Positions 1 to 14,009 of a DNA stretch of 64,000 nucleotides are shown here, in pieces (the stretch's first letter is position 1; the number at the start of each line of letters is the position of its first letter). This DNA is from Welwitschia mirabilis. Its lineage: Eukaryota. Location: positions 39,284,609 through 39,348,608 of the forward strand of contig JBOZIK010000001.1 of the NCBI GenBank assembly GCA_051453625.1, read 5' to 3'. The position numbers were made by a program, and so were the translations under genes. Under the pieces are notes generated by a model, which ran no database searches, had not been told where the DNA came from, and saw only the letters and a list, made by a program, of their open reading frames with translations.

Positions 1-2340
1 TATTTAGTAGTAGATTTACATTGCTTTTTAATTCCATTTTCATTTGCATTCCTTATTCTACTTGGTATATCTCATAGTTTATATTGATTAATAACTAGTT
101 GAATGCTCTTCTTGATTGATATAAGTTATAGATAAGGTAGTCCTTGTGATAGAAGGACTAAGATCTAAAGAGAATTCATTTCCATTTCCATTCACTGCAT
201 TTCATATTCATTCATTTGCATCACATTTACTTGTTTATTTCCTTCNNNNNNNNNNNNNNNNNNNNNNNNNNNNNNNNNNNNNNNNNNNNNNNNNNNNNNN
301 NNNNNNNNNNNNNNNNNTTGAGATAATGACATTTGAGTGAACTTCTATCTATACTTGAGTATGGTTTTTGCAAGTTATTTGATTCATAGGTTTACCTAAA
401 GGACTTTAGGATTATATAAATTCATACCACAACATACTAGCTCCTAAATCTAACAAGGCTTAATTAAGTGTTTTGTTTCCTATAGTAATGGTAATTATGG
501 AACACCTAGGGTATTTGTACTTTATAGGAAATTGGTTTTGAAAGATAGCACCCATTTATTAAGCTAAAAAGGCTTTATATTTAATGTTTATTCACCTTTT
601 TATAGCATATAAATCCTTAAGAAATTTGGTATAAGAGGGTATTTATTTGATTGCTTCTAGAAAGGGAATGTTTATTTTAACTTCTTTGAAATTTTCTAGG
701 GCCTTTAATTATTTTTTCATTATATTTTCCTTTCTAAGCTATTGGAAAAAAGATAATGGTTCTTTGTAAATAGTTAATGGGTCTTTATTCTTATCCTTTT
801 TCTTATTTTCTAGTGGGTTTTGTTTATCCTTAGATTTATTTTGTTATGGATGGGTTTTCTAGCTCTTTCCGACCTCCAAGGTGAATAGGCTTGGTCTCTT
901 CTAGGTGTTTCACCCATTTTATAAATGTTATGAATTTTTGACTTGATTAGACACTTGTGAATATTTCTCTTATTTCTTTTTTACTTATTGATGAAAAAGA
1001 TTCTTAGCCAGAAATTTTTTTTTATAAAATTTTATCTTGTTTTTAGGAAAATTTTGGATGATTTCACTAATGAGTATTGTAAGTTATTTGGATATGGATT
1101 GTTTTTGGGATTTTTCCATTATCTCATCATGTTTACCTATTTCTTATTAGAATAAAAGGATATATGGACATTCAATGATTTTTGGAGTATTGATATGACA
1201 GATTAAACACTAAGTTTTAGCAACCATAAGTAAGGTTGAGGGTGAGGCAGTTAATGATTTTAACTTTCTTGTTAGTTCATCAATTATTTTATTCACCTCA
1301 AAGTTTTTTGGGAACTTAAAGATACTAGTTAATCTAAATGATGTAATCTTGAAGGTTCTATAGGTTTCTTCCAAGTTTTTAAACTCTCAGCTATACTTTC
1401 TAAATACTTCCAAACCTTATCCAGAGGCATGCTCAAGAAATTACCATAGCTCATAATTTCCACTAGCTGGTAGTTAGTTGTGGATAACCCATCATAAAAG
1501 AAACTTATCTTCCTACCCAGTTCAAATACATAATAAAGGCATTTTAATAATAAATATTTATATCTTTCTAAGGTCTGAGAGAAGATCTTGTGATCCTTAT
1601 ATTGAAATTTTATGATTTCTTTCCTAGGAGCATTTGTGTTATATGTAAGAAAGAACTTAGAGATAAAGGCTTTATTTAGGTCTGTTTAATTCATAATGGA
1701 GGAGACTTTTAAGATGTTTAACTAGGATCTTTTCTTGTCTTTTGGGAAAAAAGGAAATAAATTAAGTCTAAGTGCATCATGAGAATTAGAATATTGAGAG
1801 AGGGTTGATAAGACACACTCAAATTCCTTAAGGTGTAGGTAAGGATCTTTAGATTCAAGGACATAGAAATGAAGCAAGAGTTAGNNNNNNNNNNAAATTC
1901 TAGCCTTTGATTAATAGGTAGTGAAACTGTGCAAGAGGTATTCCTAAGCTTTGTAATTAAAGGTAATTATAAAGGGTTTACCTAAGTTGGTTGGTGGTAG
2001 CAGTAAGGACAGCTTGATGTTTGGCTGCTTCTCAAGTGAAATAATAATCTTGTAATCTTTTGAGCATTTTTTGATTTAATAAGGTTTTATCAAAGGGATC
2101 AAGTGGGTCATTTAAATTATGTTTTGATAAGGTGGATTGATTATTTTAGTTATTTTAAGTAGTTAAGGTTTGTTCTTAAGAATTATCTTGAGCTTAGTTT
2201 TGGATTCTGAGTTCTCTCATTCTTTCATGATAAGTAAAGAAGTCTATGCTATTTTAGGTTAATATTCCTAGTGTATCATGAGTCTAGGTCATGTAAAGTA
2301 GGTTTGGATTATTTTAAGAAGGTTCAAATAAATAGGAAAA
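1..2340 (+). mobile_element. Highly decayed LTR retrotransposon fragment (LTR end, Met-type PBS, gag/protease-like remnant), probably Ty3/gypsy
   Basis: tggtataagag at ~627-637 resembles the tRNA-iMet primer binding site (PBS) TGGTATCAGAG and follows LTR-like sequence; ctagcctttgattaataggtagt (~1899-1922) is reminiscent of a frameshifted ALIDSG protease motif. No ORF survives. Confidence 0.35.
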
Positions 2341-2727
2341 ATTTCATGGATTGTACATCACAGAGGGTTTTAAGGTTTTATACATAGGTTTATTAACTAC
2401 ATATAAAATGTTTATAGTGTCGAGGTTGTAAGAAAATAAAGACAATAGAGAGGATAAAATCAAGCTCACCATAATGAAATCATGAGAAAATGTTAAAGGT
2501 TTTAATGTAGTGAAATCAAATAAAGACAATGAATGTGAGTAAAATATAATGAGAAACATGAAATAATTTTAAGAAATTTTTAATGTTTTATGCATGTAGA
2601 AAAATACAAAAATATAAAAACTTAGAAAACACATCGAAAAATAAAATCATGCAATGTAATAGTAAAGTTTGATTAAAAATTTTTAAGGTTCTAAAGTTTT
2701 TTTAACTTCAAAGTAGTTTGTAACAAA

Positions 2728-5390
2728 TGTTAGATGTGCAGAAAATAAGTTAGAAAATCAAAAACAAAGCAAAAGAAAAAGGACTAGCTTGGATAACATT
2801 AGAAGGACTATGGAATAGTTCAAAATAACATTGGCAAGAACCATTATTAACTATTGAAAAGAAAAAAGAAAAGAAACACAAAGAAAAAGAACAAGGGCTA
2901 GTTTGGTTATCACTAGAAAAAGAACTAGTATCCATCACTAGAAAACTAAAAACTATGTATAGAACTTTTAAAAAGGAAAACTAGTACTTCTCTTAGCCAC
3001 TTCCATGCTGTTATCCTTAGCAAAGGTACCAAAATCTAATTAACTTATAGTACAAATATCAAATTTAAACTAAGTTTGCACTTAGCTATTATTCTTCCTC
3101 AAGGATAACATGGTTTTAGGTTTAGAATTATACTAACTTAAATCTTAATGCAACTTATAAAGTAAAGAAAGAAAGAAAGAAAGGAAAGAAAACTAGCTAT
3201 AAGGTCTTGCCAATTTATTTAAAGCATTTCTTCACTCTAATGTTGTTCAATTGTCTTCTTGTAAAACAATCAAAACCATCAAGTGATTTTGATCCAATTC
3301 ATGNNNNNNNNNNNNNNNNNNNNNNNNNNNNNNNNNNNNNNNNNNNNNNNNNNNNNNNNNNNNNNNNNNNNNNNNNNNNNNNNNNNNNNNNNNNNNNNNN
3401 NNNACTAGTATCCATCACTAAAAAACTAAAAACTATGTATATAACTTTTAAAAAGGAAAAATAGTACTCCTCTTAGCCACTTCCATGTCATTATCCTTAG
3501 CAAAGATACCAAAATTCGACTAACTTATAGTTCAATTATCAAACGTAAACTAAGTTTTCACTTAGCTATTATTCTTCCTCAGGAATAACATGTTTTAGAT
3601 TCAGAATTATACTAACTTAAATCTTAATGCAACTTACAAAGTAAAGAAAGAAAGGAAAATGGTAAAGTCTAAAGTTGAGTGTAAGTTCATTTTAGAAAAG
3701 AGGAAAGCAAACTAGCTATAAGGTATTGCTAATTTATTTAAAGTAGTCCTTCACTCCAATGTTGTTCAATTATCTTCTTGTAAAACAATTAAAACCATCA
3801 AGTGATTTTGGTCCAATTCATGAGGCATAATCTCATATACCATATGATAAATGATGAATCCAATTAATACTATAGCCTTGAAATAACTATAAAATGTAAG
3901 GATGTCTAAAGTACTCAATATCTATGAAATTAAAGGATCAAGTAATAAAATTGAAATCACACAACTAAAGTAAACTTGATAGTTAAAGAAGTTATCTAAG
4001 CATCCCAATTATGGTATTACTCATGAATCAAGATTAAAGAAAAATAACTTTTGCATTACAAAAATGGAAACAACTTTATAGAAAAAATAAAGAAGTAGGA
4101 AGAACTCCTCATCAATTCTTTGAGCTACTTCTATGCCATTATCCCTAGCACTAATGCCAAAATATGGTTAACTTATAGTATAACATCTTAGATTTAAGCT
4201 AAGTTTTTACTTAGCTATTATTCTTCCTCAGGGATAACATGGGTTTTAGGTCTAGAATTGCACTAACTTAAATCCTAATGTAAGTTATAAAGTAAAGAAA
4301 GAAAGGAAAATGGTGAAATCTATAGTTAAGTTGAAATTTGTCTTAGAGAAAAGGGAAATTACCAATCTATCTAAAGTAGTCCTTTACTCCAATGTTGTCT
4401 AATTACCTTCTTGTAAAATAATTAAACTCATCAAGTACTTTTTCTCCAATTCATGAGATATAATCTCATCCCTTATATGATAAATGTTAAATCTAATTAA
4501 CACTATAGCCTTAAAATAACTATATAAAGTAAGGACTTCTAAAGTACTCAAGATCTATAAAATAAGAAGACTAAGTGATAAAAGTGGAATTACATCACTA
4601 AAATAAGCTTAATAGTTAAAGAAGTTATGTAAGCATCCCAATTATGCTATTACTCATAAATCAATATCAAAGAAAAATAATTTTTGCATTACAAAAAGGG
4701 AATAACATTATAGCAAAGAAAGAAAGAATCAGAAAGTACTCTTTAGTAATCCTCAAAGACTAGTTTACTCTCTTAAAGAGTTGCCTAAAAAGCCATCACA
4801 AGTTGATGCTTCAAACTCTCTAAATTTTCCAAGACAAAGATGAATACAATGAAGGATTCAAGCCCCTTTTTATAGGAAGAGATAAGGGTGAGGAGTGATT
4901 ACATTCTAAGCATATGCATTATGTAGAATCTTTATCATTTAGTATTAGGTAGATAAGATTCTGTCTTATAGCGTTTGATAGAGATTATCTTGTAGTATTA
5001 GGTAGACTAGATTCTGTCCTCTTGCATTAGGTATAATCTTCATTATTTAGCATTTGATAGAGGTTGTCTTATAGCACTTGGTTGAGATTATCACATAGCT
5101 CTAATGCCACCTTCACATGTCTTTGCCACATGTCTTAAAATGCTTCTGCTAGGTGATACCACCTCATCTCTTCATTGCCACCATGGTTTTATGTAGAATT
5201 ATTTCCATCTTCTACCATGTATTCCAAAACATGGCTAAATATTTTCAATTATTATTGAAAAAATCATAATATTAAATTTTATTTTAAAAATAATAAAAGA
5301 CATATTTTATGATTAAAATAATTAAATTAATATCTTCATTTATAATAAATAAGCCTAAAACACTTGATATAAATGTCAATTATTACATGT
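2728..5390. repeat. LTR-like repeat with ~600-650-bp internal tandem units and short subrepeats
   Basis: The block ...cacttagctattattcttcctca...ctaacttaaatc...aagtaaagaaagaaag... recurs at ~2990-3303, ~3465-4100 and ~4125-4740; tagtattaggtaga subrepeats at ~4940-5090. Confidence 0.6.
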
Positions 5391-5409
5391 TAATAGATGT
5401 GCTTTTTTA

Positions 5410-7272
5410 ATCATTTTTAAAGCTATAGTAGTCTAATGTTGATCTTAGTTGCTTTGAAGTTATAGGATTCTAATGTTAATGTTAGTTATAAAAGATATAG
5501 AAGTTTTTATTTTACAAGAAAGTTGTCTTTAAATTTGTAGATGTCTAATATAAAGACGTCTTTGAAGCTATATACATTTATTAAGTAGATATCTTTGGAT
5601 TATGTAAACGTCTTTATATTAGACATCAAGTACCAATTTTTTATTTCTTTTTGTTTTCAAAATAGATGTCCTTGTTTTAGTAGACATCTTTATCATGCCT
5701 AGATAACTATTGAAAATATTTATTAGAATACATTTTTAGGATTTTTAGACATCTACTTTCATCATTTTATATGTCTTTCATGTGATAGACATCTTTGACA
5801 CAGTGCATCATAAATTTAAAATGCATTAAAAAAATGAGAGTTTCAACACCTTTTAAGTAGGAAAGGGATCATCAACCCTTATTTTTAGTCCTCTAATTAG
5901 TAGATGTTTCCATAAGATTGCTTTGAACCTTCCTTTTCTTACATCTCTTAATATAAATGTCTTTAAGTTGAAAAATTCTACACGGTAAGCAAATCAGATG
6001 TTATTTTTGTGATAGCTGCTCTTTGTTTTTTTGGTTATTTCAATTATTTCTATTAGAGTTATTTTATATCTTACTCTTAAAATAGTGAGGAGAAAGTCCT
6101 TTTATGCTTTAAAAGTAAAGGAAATTATCATTGAAACATAGATTTCTTAGTATGAATCATGGTTTTATCATGAAACTAATAGAAAAATTGTTTAAAACAT
6201 TGTCTAATTCAAAGAAGGATTTTAAGCAAAGGCATCAGTAGCACCTTCTATAATAGGTTGTGAATTAGGTATAATAGAGGATTCAAATACTTTGAAATCC
6301 ACAAAGGGGAGTCACACTTTTAAGAGGAGCACAAGGATTCAGCACAAGCTTAAGGGGAGCAATAGGTGGATTTAGAAATATTAGATGATGAATATCTTAT
6401 CTTCTATAGGCCTCGTTATAATCTCTCTATTCACGATCCCACACAACCACCTTTACTACCTCATATACCTTCATTACCTCATGTATCATCACCACCATCA
6501 TCACTCATATTTTTCATTCACGCATCACCTCTTAATACTACTTCATGCTCTATATTTGATTTTAATAAGACTACCATTGCTAGTTTCTTTGATAAATCTA
6601 TCACCCCTTAAATGTACTTTCATATGAGAATATAGGCCTCTTAAAGTTATGATGATACATTGTAGCGGGCATTACAAAAATGACATATGCCTCCACCTAT
6701 ATCATGTTTCTCTTATAGCATCCAGACTTTCACCACTAAAGATAGTGATGATGATAGTGATGATACTAGGAATGGTACTCATTATACTATTGACTTAGCT
6801 CTTAGTGATTAGTTTCTTTTGTGCTATCCAAAAAAAAAGAAGAGAAAATGGCAAATTATATTAACATCCTATATGATTTTAAAGTATGTGGACTTAAGAT
6901 GGGTGGTTAAACTTCCTATGAATGGTATTATTATTGAAGCTCACTTCTATGTGTTGGCAAAGATATCTTAATGAGTTGATGACTTTTTAATTATTATCTA
7001 TTAGTTTTTGAAATCTTTTTATATTTAATGTAACTTGTGCTACATTTTGTTTGTCATGTATCTAGCAACTCAATATATTAGCACTACTTTTTGTTTACTA
7101 TCTTGCAATAATTATCAATGTGTTTTTCTAATGATTTCATTTTTTGCAATTTTTAAAATTTCTCTTGTAATATATTATGGTTTATTTTGTTTTAATGTTA
7201 TTCTGAGTACATTTGAACATGATTGCACTAATAATATTTATCAAGTTTGAATATCATCAAGAAAGAGGAGAT
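5410..7272 (+). mobile_element. 3' internal remnant of a SIRE-like copia element (subrepeats, several PPT-like tracts)
   Basis: agatgtct/agacatct subrepeats at 5530-5800; purine tracts aaagggggag (~6303), aaggggagc (~6352) and catcaagaaagaggagat (~7255-7272) followed by ...gttttgatg, resembling the SIRE PPT/LTR junction. Confidence 0.5.
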
Positions 7273-7891
7273 CATTAGTAAAATCCTAGTTTTGATGGTT
7301 TTACTTATTAAATATGATGTATTTAATGTGAAAATAGGATACACTAAAATATTGAGGCTACAAAGAGGGAATAAGCTAGGTAAAATTCAAATCTAAAGGA
7401 ATCTAATAGAGTATACTCATAAAGCTTAGAGTTCACATAAGCTTCAGCTCAAAGTTCATGAAGAATAAAAAAAGTTACATGAAGACATCTTCAAATGTGA
7501 AGAGGTCTATAATGAAGATGTCTTCTCTCTTAAAGACATCTGAACTAAATTTGAAGCTAACATAGGTGAAATATGTCTATCTTAACAAAGACATTTATAC
7601 TAAACATAACTCATGAAAGACATATAGAAAATAGAAGACCTCTATATTGCTTTAACTATTGAAAGACATCTATTTAATTAAAGATGTCTATGCTAAACTA
7701 AAAGAGGTAATAAAGGTTAATTTTGTTAGGATGAATTATTTACTTTTCAAGAGATCAAAGCAAGTTCTACATAATGAATTTGTGATGCCTAAGGATCAGA
7801 GACATAGCAATTTAAACCTTATTGAACTCTTTACAGTTTGACCAAAGACATTTTCAGGCTAAAGATGTTTACCTATAAGAGTAGTCTACTA

Positions 7892-9241
7892 TATTGTAAT
7901 GCCAAATTGTATGTATTTAATGGGGTATTTTAAGTACTTTTATAGGACATTTAAATATGTTTAGATGGAATTCTGATGATTATGGAGAGCTAGTGAGATG
8001 ATCATAAAAGCATGTAATTCTTGATGTATTTAAAGGTATTTTAGATAGATTCTAATACTTAGCACTTTAATAAGAAGATCAATAATCTAAGAGGCTGATT
8101 TCTCTTAGCTGAAGAGCTTAATAAGATTATCATCCCTTCCATTATCTAGGTGACAATGAGGATGATAGTGATGTTGATATTAAGTAAAGATGCAGGGCTA
8201 ACTGTAAGGTTGCAAACTAATGATTCATCTTATATTATGGGTGTCATCCCTATAGTTGTCTAGATGACATTCAAAATAATAACTAATTCATATGAACAAA
8301 TTGAATTATCTTTGTAATGAGGTCATGTACCCTAGATGGACTGCTAGGTTTTCATCTCTGAATTCTAGGGTTTTGCTTCCAAAATATTTAATATAAGACT
8401 ATAAATAACCCTCTTTCCTTCACTCCCAATTTCATCTTTTGTACCAAAAGGTCCTTTGATAGTAGATCGAAGGGAAAGAGATTCATCCTATGCTCTAAAG
8501 NNNNNNNNNNGTCTATTTCTAAATAAGTATTGATTGTGTTCTCAAATCCATATTTTCTTCACTTGTATTAGAAATTCTCATGATAAGAGATTAAATCATC
8601 AAAGATCCATCCTTGGTAGTTATAGAGAGACATCCTCCTTAGTGTTAGACTATGATTCCTCCATTGAGGTACTACTGCTTTGTAAGTAGATGTCGGTTTA
8701 AGATTAATGCAAGATTCCTTTTATTTTATTATATGCATCTCCCTTATAGTTTAAGTTGGTTAAAATTCTATCACAATATCATAGTTGATCTAGATCACAA
8801 GGGTAACCTTTATTAAGGTTGACATTTTTAATTTAAATATTATATTTCATTTTATATTGCATTTCCATAATTTTTTATTTTAATTGGTGTTTCTCATAAC
8901 TTATGTTGGTTAGGGTTAAGTGATAGTTTTTCTGGTTAATTTAAGTTATAATGGTTGATCTTAGTAGTAGAAAGACTGATAATCAAATAGATTTATTACT
9001 TATTACATTTGCATACATCTTGCATGGTATTTTTACATTGTTCTTGTTTTATTTACCTAAAAAAAGAAAGACTCAAAATACTTTGATAAAATCAATTCTC
9101 TAACTTCTATCCTAGTGCCTTTAATGGATTACAACATTTATGTTAACTCTTTTCTATCTTAGTATGTGTTTTATTCCAAGCATTTATGACCTAGAGGATT
9201 TACTGATGGACTTAAAGATTGCATAAATTTATATTGCAACA
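7892..9241 (+). repeat. 5' LTR
   Basis: Colinear with 12533-13751; terminal TG appears mutated to TA; ends in CA. Confidence 0.85.
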
Positions 9242-10490
9242 TTTTAGTACCATTGCCAGCAAAGGCCACAAAGTGTTGAAGGATTGTCACTATCTAGATA
9301 AGTATGTTGGATTTTAATTTAAGTTACTTATTTGAAATAATGTTGTATTTTTATTCTAGATTCTATTGGTTTATTTTTTTGCAAGTTTTATTTTAGTAGT
9401 ATAAATAAGCCCTATTATCCTCTCTGTTATCCAGATGGCTTTGCAAACTATTACTCTTCATTTCACATTTTTCCTTTATTTTTTTACAATAAGGTTTTCT
9501 ATTTTTGGTACCATAATAAAGTGTACATTGTCCTTTGTATTGTCTAGATGACTAAGTGGATGATTGTTAGTAGTTTTGCTTCTATTTTTGTTTTCTTTTT
9601 TGCAGCCCTTTTGTTTTTTATTTTTTGGAACATATCTTTTTTGGTTATCTCTGATATCATTTAGAGGATAGACAAGAGGATGTCCATTAAATTTTTTTCA
9701 TAAGTATAGAATAACATTTTTTCCTATCCATTAACTTAATCTTGTAAACGTAGATGAAAATCTTAAAACCAGATTAGCCTAACTTGATCACCTAGATGAA
9801 AAACATACCCAAGTTATACATCGTCAACTTATTCATAAAGCCTAAGTTAAGTTTAAACGTGATAAAAATATAACTCATAAACAATTTATATTAGGTTAAT
9901 AAGTCCTATTACATAATAACTAAGTGCATCTTTTACACAATAAATTAACCTCTAAATTGTTAGATTCTTATCTTATAAAAAAACTACATCTTAATGAATT
10001 ATTTGAAAACTCCAATCCAAATACTATGAAAAATCAGAAAGTTAACAAACAAAGTTGAAAATCTATGAATCATCTACTGATCAAACCTTAAACATGATAG
10101 AATTACTTTTCTTATAAGCCCCTCTCAATGAGAAGGACCTTCATCCTACCATTATTTAAATTCTTTCTTAACTAATTCCTTTAGTGGATGTCATACTATC
10201 ACTTAAACATCTTTAACTTGACTTATGTATTACTTTATGAAGTTACCATGACTACTAATCTTTTACTTGAGCATTTCAAAGTAATAAGATTGAATTCACC
10301 CAATCTTAAGACATTCATACATTTATAAACTTCATTTTAAAGAGATATTCCTTATTTCTTTTGTTTTCTTTCAATGGTACAAGTCTTTAGTTGTTTAGAT
10401 CTGTTCTTCCCTATTTCTTGTCTTTTTTCTTTACTCTCGTCTATGTGATACTTTACCTATTCTATTGAAAAATAAAAATAAAAATGTGTT

Positions 10491-10494
<4 letters not shown>

Positions 10495-10568
<74 letters not shown>
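10495..10568. repeat. (TG)n microsatellite, ~37 units
   Basis: Uninterrupted TG run directly visible. Confidence 0.98.
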
Positions 10569-10570
<2 letters not shown>

Positions 10571-11991
10571 AAGAGAAGAAGGAAAAGAAGAGTTTTATTT
10601 AATCTAAAATAAATCATGATGTCCTACCACAAGCACATGAGGGTAAATTTTTTTAAGAGAGGCCTTTGGCAGTGTGATATGGTAACTTTGGGAACTTCAC
10701 TGAGGGGTTAGTTAGCCATGCTTCATTAGTCCTTACTCCTCTAATAGTAATCGCACTTCCCTTATCATAGAAATAGTTATCACTTAGAAGCTAGGGGATT
10801 AATGATGTCTCTAGTGTTATCAGAGGTATTTCTCATTTTCTAGACTCATTGTGCATAAAATAATTTTACATCCTCATTTTACTTTTTAGAATTTAGGTGT
10901 AGTTTTGAGGTGTGAACAAGTGAGTCCATTTCTGAGTAGCTTTTGATCTTATCATTCATTGATTCTAAATATTAGATTTCCTTGGCATCATCATAATCAT
11001 TGCCTATTTGAGTGGTACTTTATGAAGTCTTTACATCATGTTGTGCATCATTAATCAGGTGATTTTATGATTTCTACCAAGGGGCTTTGCTAGGTTAGGA
11101 TTTAGGATAAGTAAATAATTTTCTTTATATTTCTAGTTGTCCATTTTCATTTTGTTTTCCTTAGTCTTTTTACTTAGTATTTTAGAGTTATTTCCATACT
11201 TTTTATTTAAAAATTTAGGAATTGATTATTTAGTAGTTTTATTATTGTTTTTTTTACTTTTACTTGTAATTTTATCCCTAGGAGTTGGCCTTATTTAGCA
11301 CTTTTTATTGATGATGATGATGATACTTTCTATTTCCATTTTATTTTAAGTTTTGACATATCCACTTGCTACTCTTACATGCTTACTAAGTTCAACTGCA
11401 TTTAAGGATTTTTCTTAGCATTTATTCTTTCTACTTAATGCATTATCATGACCCTATCTTTTTCTCTTGCCTTAAGTACTTTCCACTTTAACTTCTGTAC
11501 CATGATCATTGTGATGATTATTCTTTGCTTTTTTCCATCTTTTGGATGACTTTATAAGTCTTTACTATTTCTATCATTTATTATCTAACCCTATCTGGAC
11601 TACTATTTTGTCAAATCCTTCTTTTTTCTGTCTTGCCATGTCTATTATTTAGATGATAGAGTGGACAAGAGTAGCTTCTTCTTATACTATTATGCTATAA
11701 GATGTATTTATTTACTTATGGAGGAAATAAAACATACTTCTAAAATATTTTTAAGATATTGAGAAAAAAAATTTTATGAGGATCATTTTGAGCTTTTACG
11801 ATATATATATGTAATGTACTAGTTAGTGTATGATTTCATATTACTTGTATGATGTGCATTATGTACATTGTTTAGTAGGCCATAACAAGGCAGTTGTAGG
11901 ACCTTCTTACAGGAGTGATTCAGGAGATTCAGGAGACCATGGATAAGGGGACTAATGTGATGATTTTTTTTTATGGATTCATATATCACTA

Positions 11992-12145
11992 ATTGATTTA
12001 TACACATCATTTTGAGTTATCATTGATTGATTTATACACATCATTTGTGTAGATTATACTTAAAACTCACTGGTTGATTTATACATATCATTTTGAGTTA
12101 TTACTACTTTGATTATTCATATACCTAATCATCTTTTTGAGTTAT
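11992..12145. repeat. Short tandem repeat attgatttatacacatcattttgagttat (3-4 degenerate copies)
   Basis: Motif recurs at ~11992, ~12025, ~12075 and partially ~12130, upstream of the PPT. Confidence 0.7.
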
Positions 12146-12532
12146 TATGGCTACATCTTATAACAATTTTTGTGTATGACATGCTATTTTTATTTTACAA
12201 TGTGACTAATGTTTTAAGTGGGGGGCTAACATAAACTATAGTACTCTAATTTTTTTTGATGTTCATGTTTGCAGTTACTTAAGTTTTATTCTAATTTATT
12301 AAACATGTTAGCCCCATAGTCTTCCAGAAGACAATCAAAATGAAAGCATTATTGCACATATTATAGAGGTAATACATGAGTTCAACAGTTGTTGATATTT
12401 GATCCTACATGATACAGATTTCTGAACTTAATTTACATTTTCCTAGTTATTGTTTATCTTAGCTAATTTAGCTCATAATTTGTAGTTAATCACTTACTTT
12501 ATCAAGGACTGACAATGCTAAGTGAGAGGTTG

Positions 12533-13751
12533 TGTTCTAATGCAAAATTATATGTATTTGATAGGGTTTTTCAGTACTTTTAAAATATATTTAAACAAGT
12601 TGAGATAGAATTTTGATGATTATGAAGAGCTAATGGGATGGTCACAGAAACATGTAATTCTTGATATATTTGAAAATATTTCAAACAAATTTTGATACTT
12701 AGTACTTTAAGAAGAAGATCAATACTCCAGGAGGCTGATTTCTCTTAATTGAAGAGCTTAAGAAGAATATCATTCCTTCCATTGTCTAGAAGATAATCAG
12801 GATGAAAATGATGCTTACATGAACTAAAGTTATGAGGCCGACTGCGGATCTACAAATTAATGAGCCATCTTCTATTGTGGGCATCATCCTTATAGTCTTC
12901 TAGATGACATGCAAGATAACAACTATTTTGTATGAACAAATTAAATTATCTTTATAATGCGGTCATGTGTCTTATATGGGTTAATAGGATTTCATCTCCA
13001 AATTTTAGGGTTTTGCTTTTAGAATTATTAATGTAAAATTATAAATATACCCCTTAACTTTATTCTTAATTTCATCTTCTGTACTAAAAAGTCATGTGAT
13101 AAGAGATTGAAGGACAAGAGATTCATCGTATACTATAGAGAGAATTCTTCCTTATTGTTGGGCTATGATTGCTCCATTAAGGCCATGCTACTTTATAAGT
13201 GGATGTTGGTTTGAGATTAATAAAAGATTCTTATTCTTATATTATGTGCATATATCTTATGGTTTAAGTTGGTTATGATTCTATGACAATTTCGTAATTG
13301 ATCTACATCATATGGACAACCTTTGTTAAGGTTGACACTATTAGTTTATATCTTTTATTTTATTTCATATTGCATTTTTATAATTTCATACTCTGTTTGA
13401 TGTATCTTTTAGCTTATATTGGTTAGGATTAAGTGATAGTTTTCCTAATTGGTCTAAGTTATAAGGGCTAATCTTGATGATAAAAATGTTAGGAGTCAAA
13501 CAGATTTATTACTTATTGCATTTGCATTCATCTTGTATTGTATGTTTGCATTATTCTTGTTTTATTTGTTTAAAAGAAAAAAATTAAAAATACTTTGTCA
13601 AAATCAATTCTCTAACTTCTATCCTAGTGCCTTCAATGGATTACAACATTTGGATAAACTGCCATTTATACAAGTGTGTGTTTTTCTTAAGCATTTATGA
13701 ATTATTGGATTTTCTTAAGAACTTAAGATTGCATAAATTAAAACTACAACA
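12533..13751 (+). repeat. 3' LTR
   Basis: TG...CA termini, preceded by PPT and followed by TSD TACTA. Confidence 0.85.
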
Positions 13752-14009
13752 TACTACAATAAAGTTGTCTATCCTAAGAAATTAATTAAAAAATAAAATA
13801 GTCATTTAAGATCAACTATTATCTATTTATAGCCATTTCATTACACTAAACCATTTCAAATAGCTATCTTATTAGGGTAAAAACTAAAAAGACCTCACAA
13901 GTATAGAAGNNNNNNNNNNNNNNNNNNNNNNNNNNNNNNNNNNNNNNNNNNNNNNNNNNNNNNNNNNNNNNNNNNNNNNNNNNNNNNNNNNNNNNNNNNN
14001 NNNNNNNNN

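Larger units (their letters stand above)
7892..13751 (+). mobile_element. Non-autonomous, internally deleted LTR retrotransposon with Athila/Tat-type PBS
   Basis: Paired LTRs 7892-9241 (tattgtaatgccaaatt...tgcaaca) and 12533-13751 (tgttctaatgcaaaatt...tacaaca); TSD TACTA at 7887-7891 and 13752-13756; PBS-like ttttagtaccattgcc at 9242-9257 (cf. TTTTGGCGCCGTTGCC); PPT-like aagtgagagg at ~12520-12529. Confidence 0.85.

Noticed and set aside
6366..6627. His/Pro-rich ORFs (poly-His) as a host gene
   Set aside because: Low-complexity cat/cac repeats inside a TE remnant between PPT-like tracts; at most an env-like remnant.
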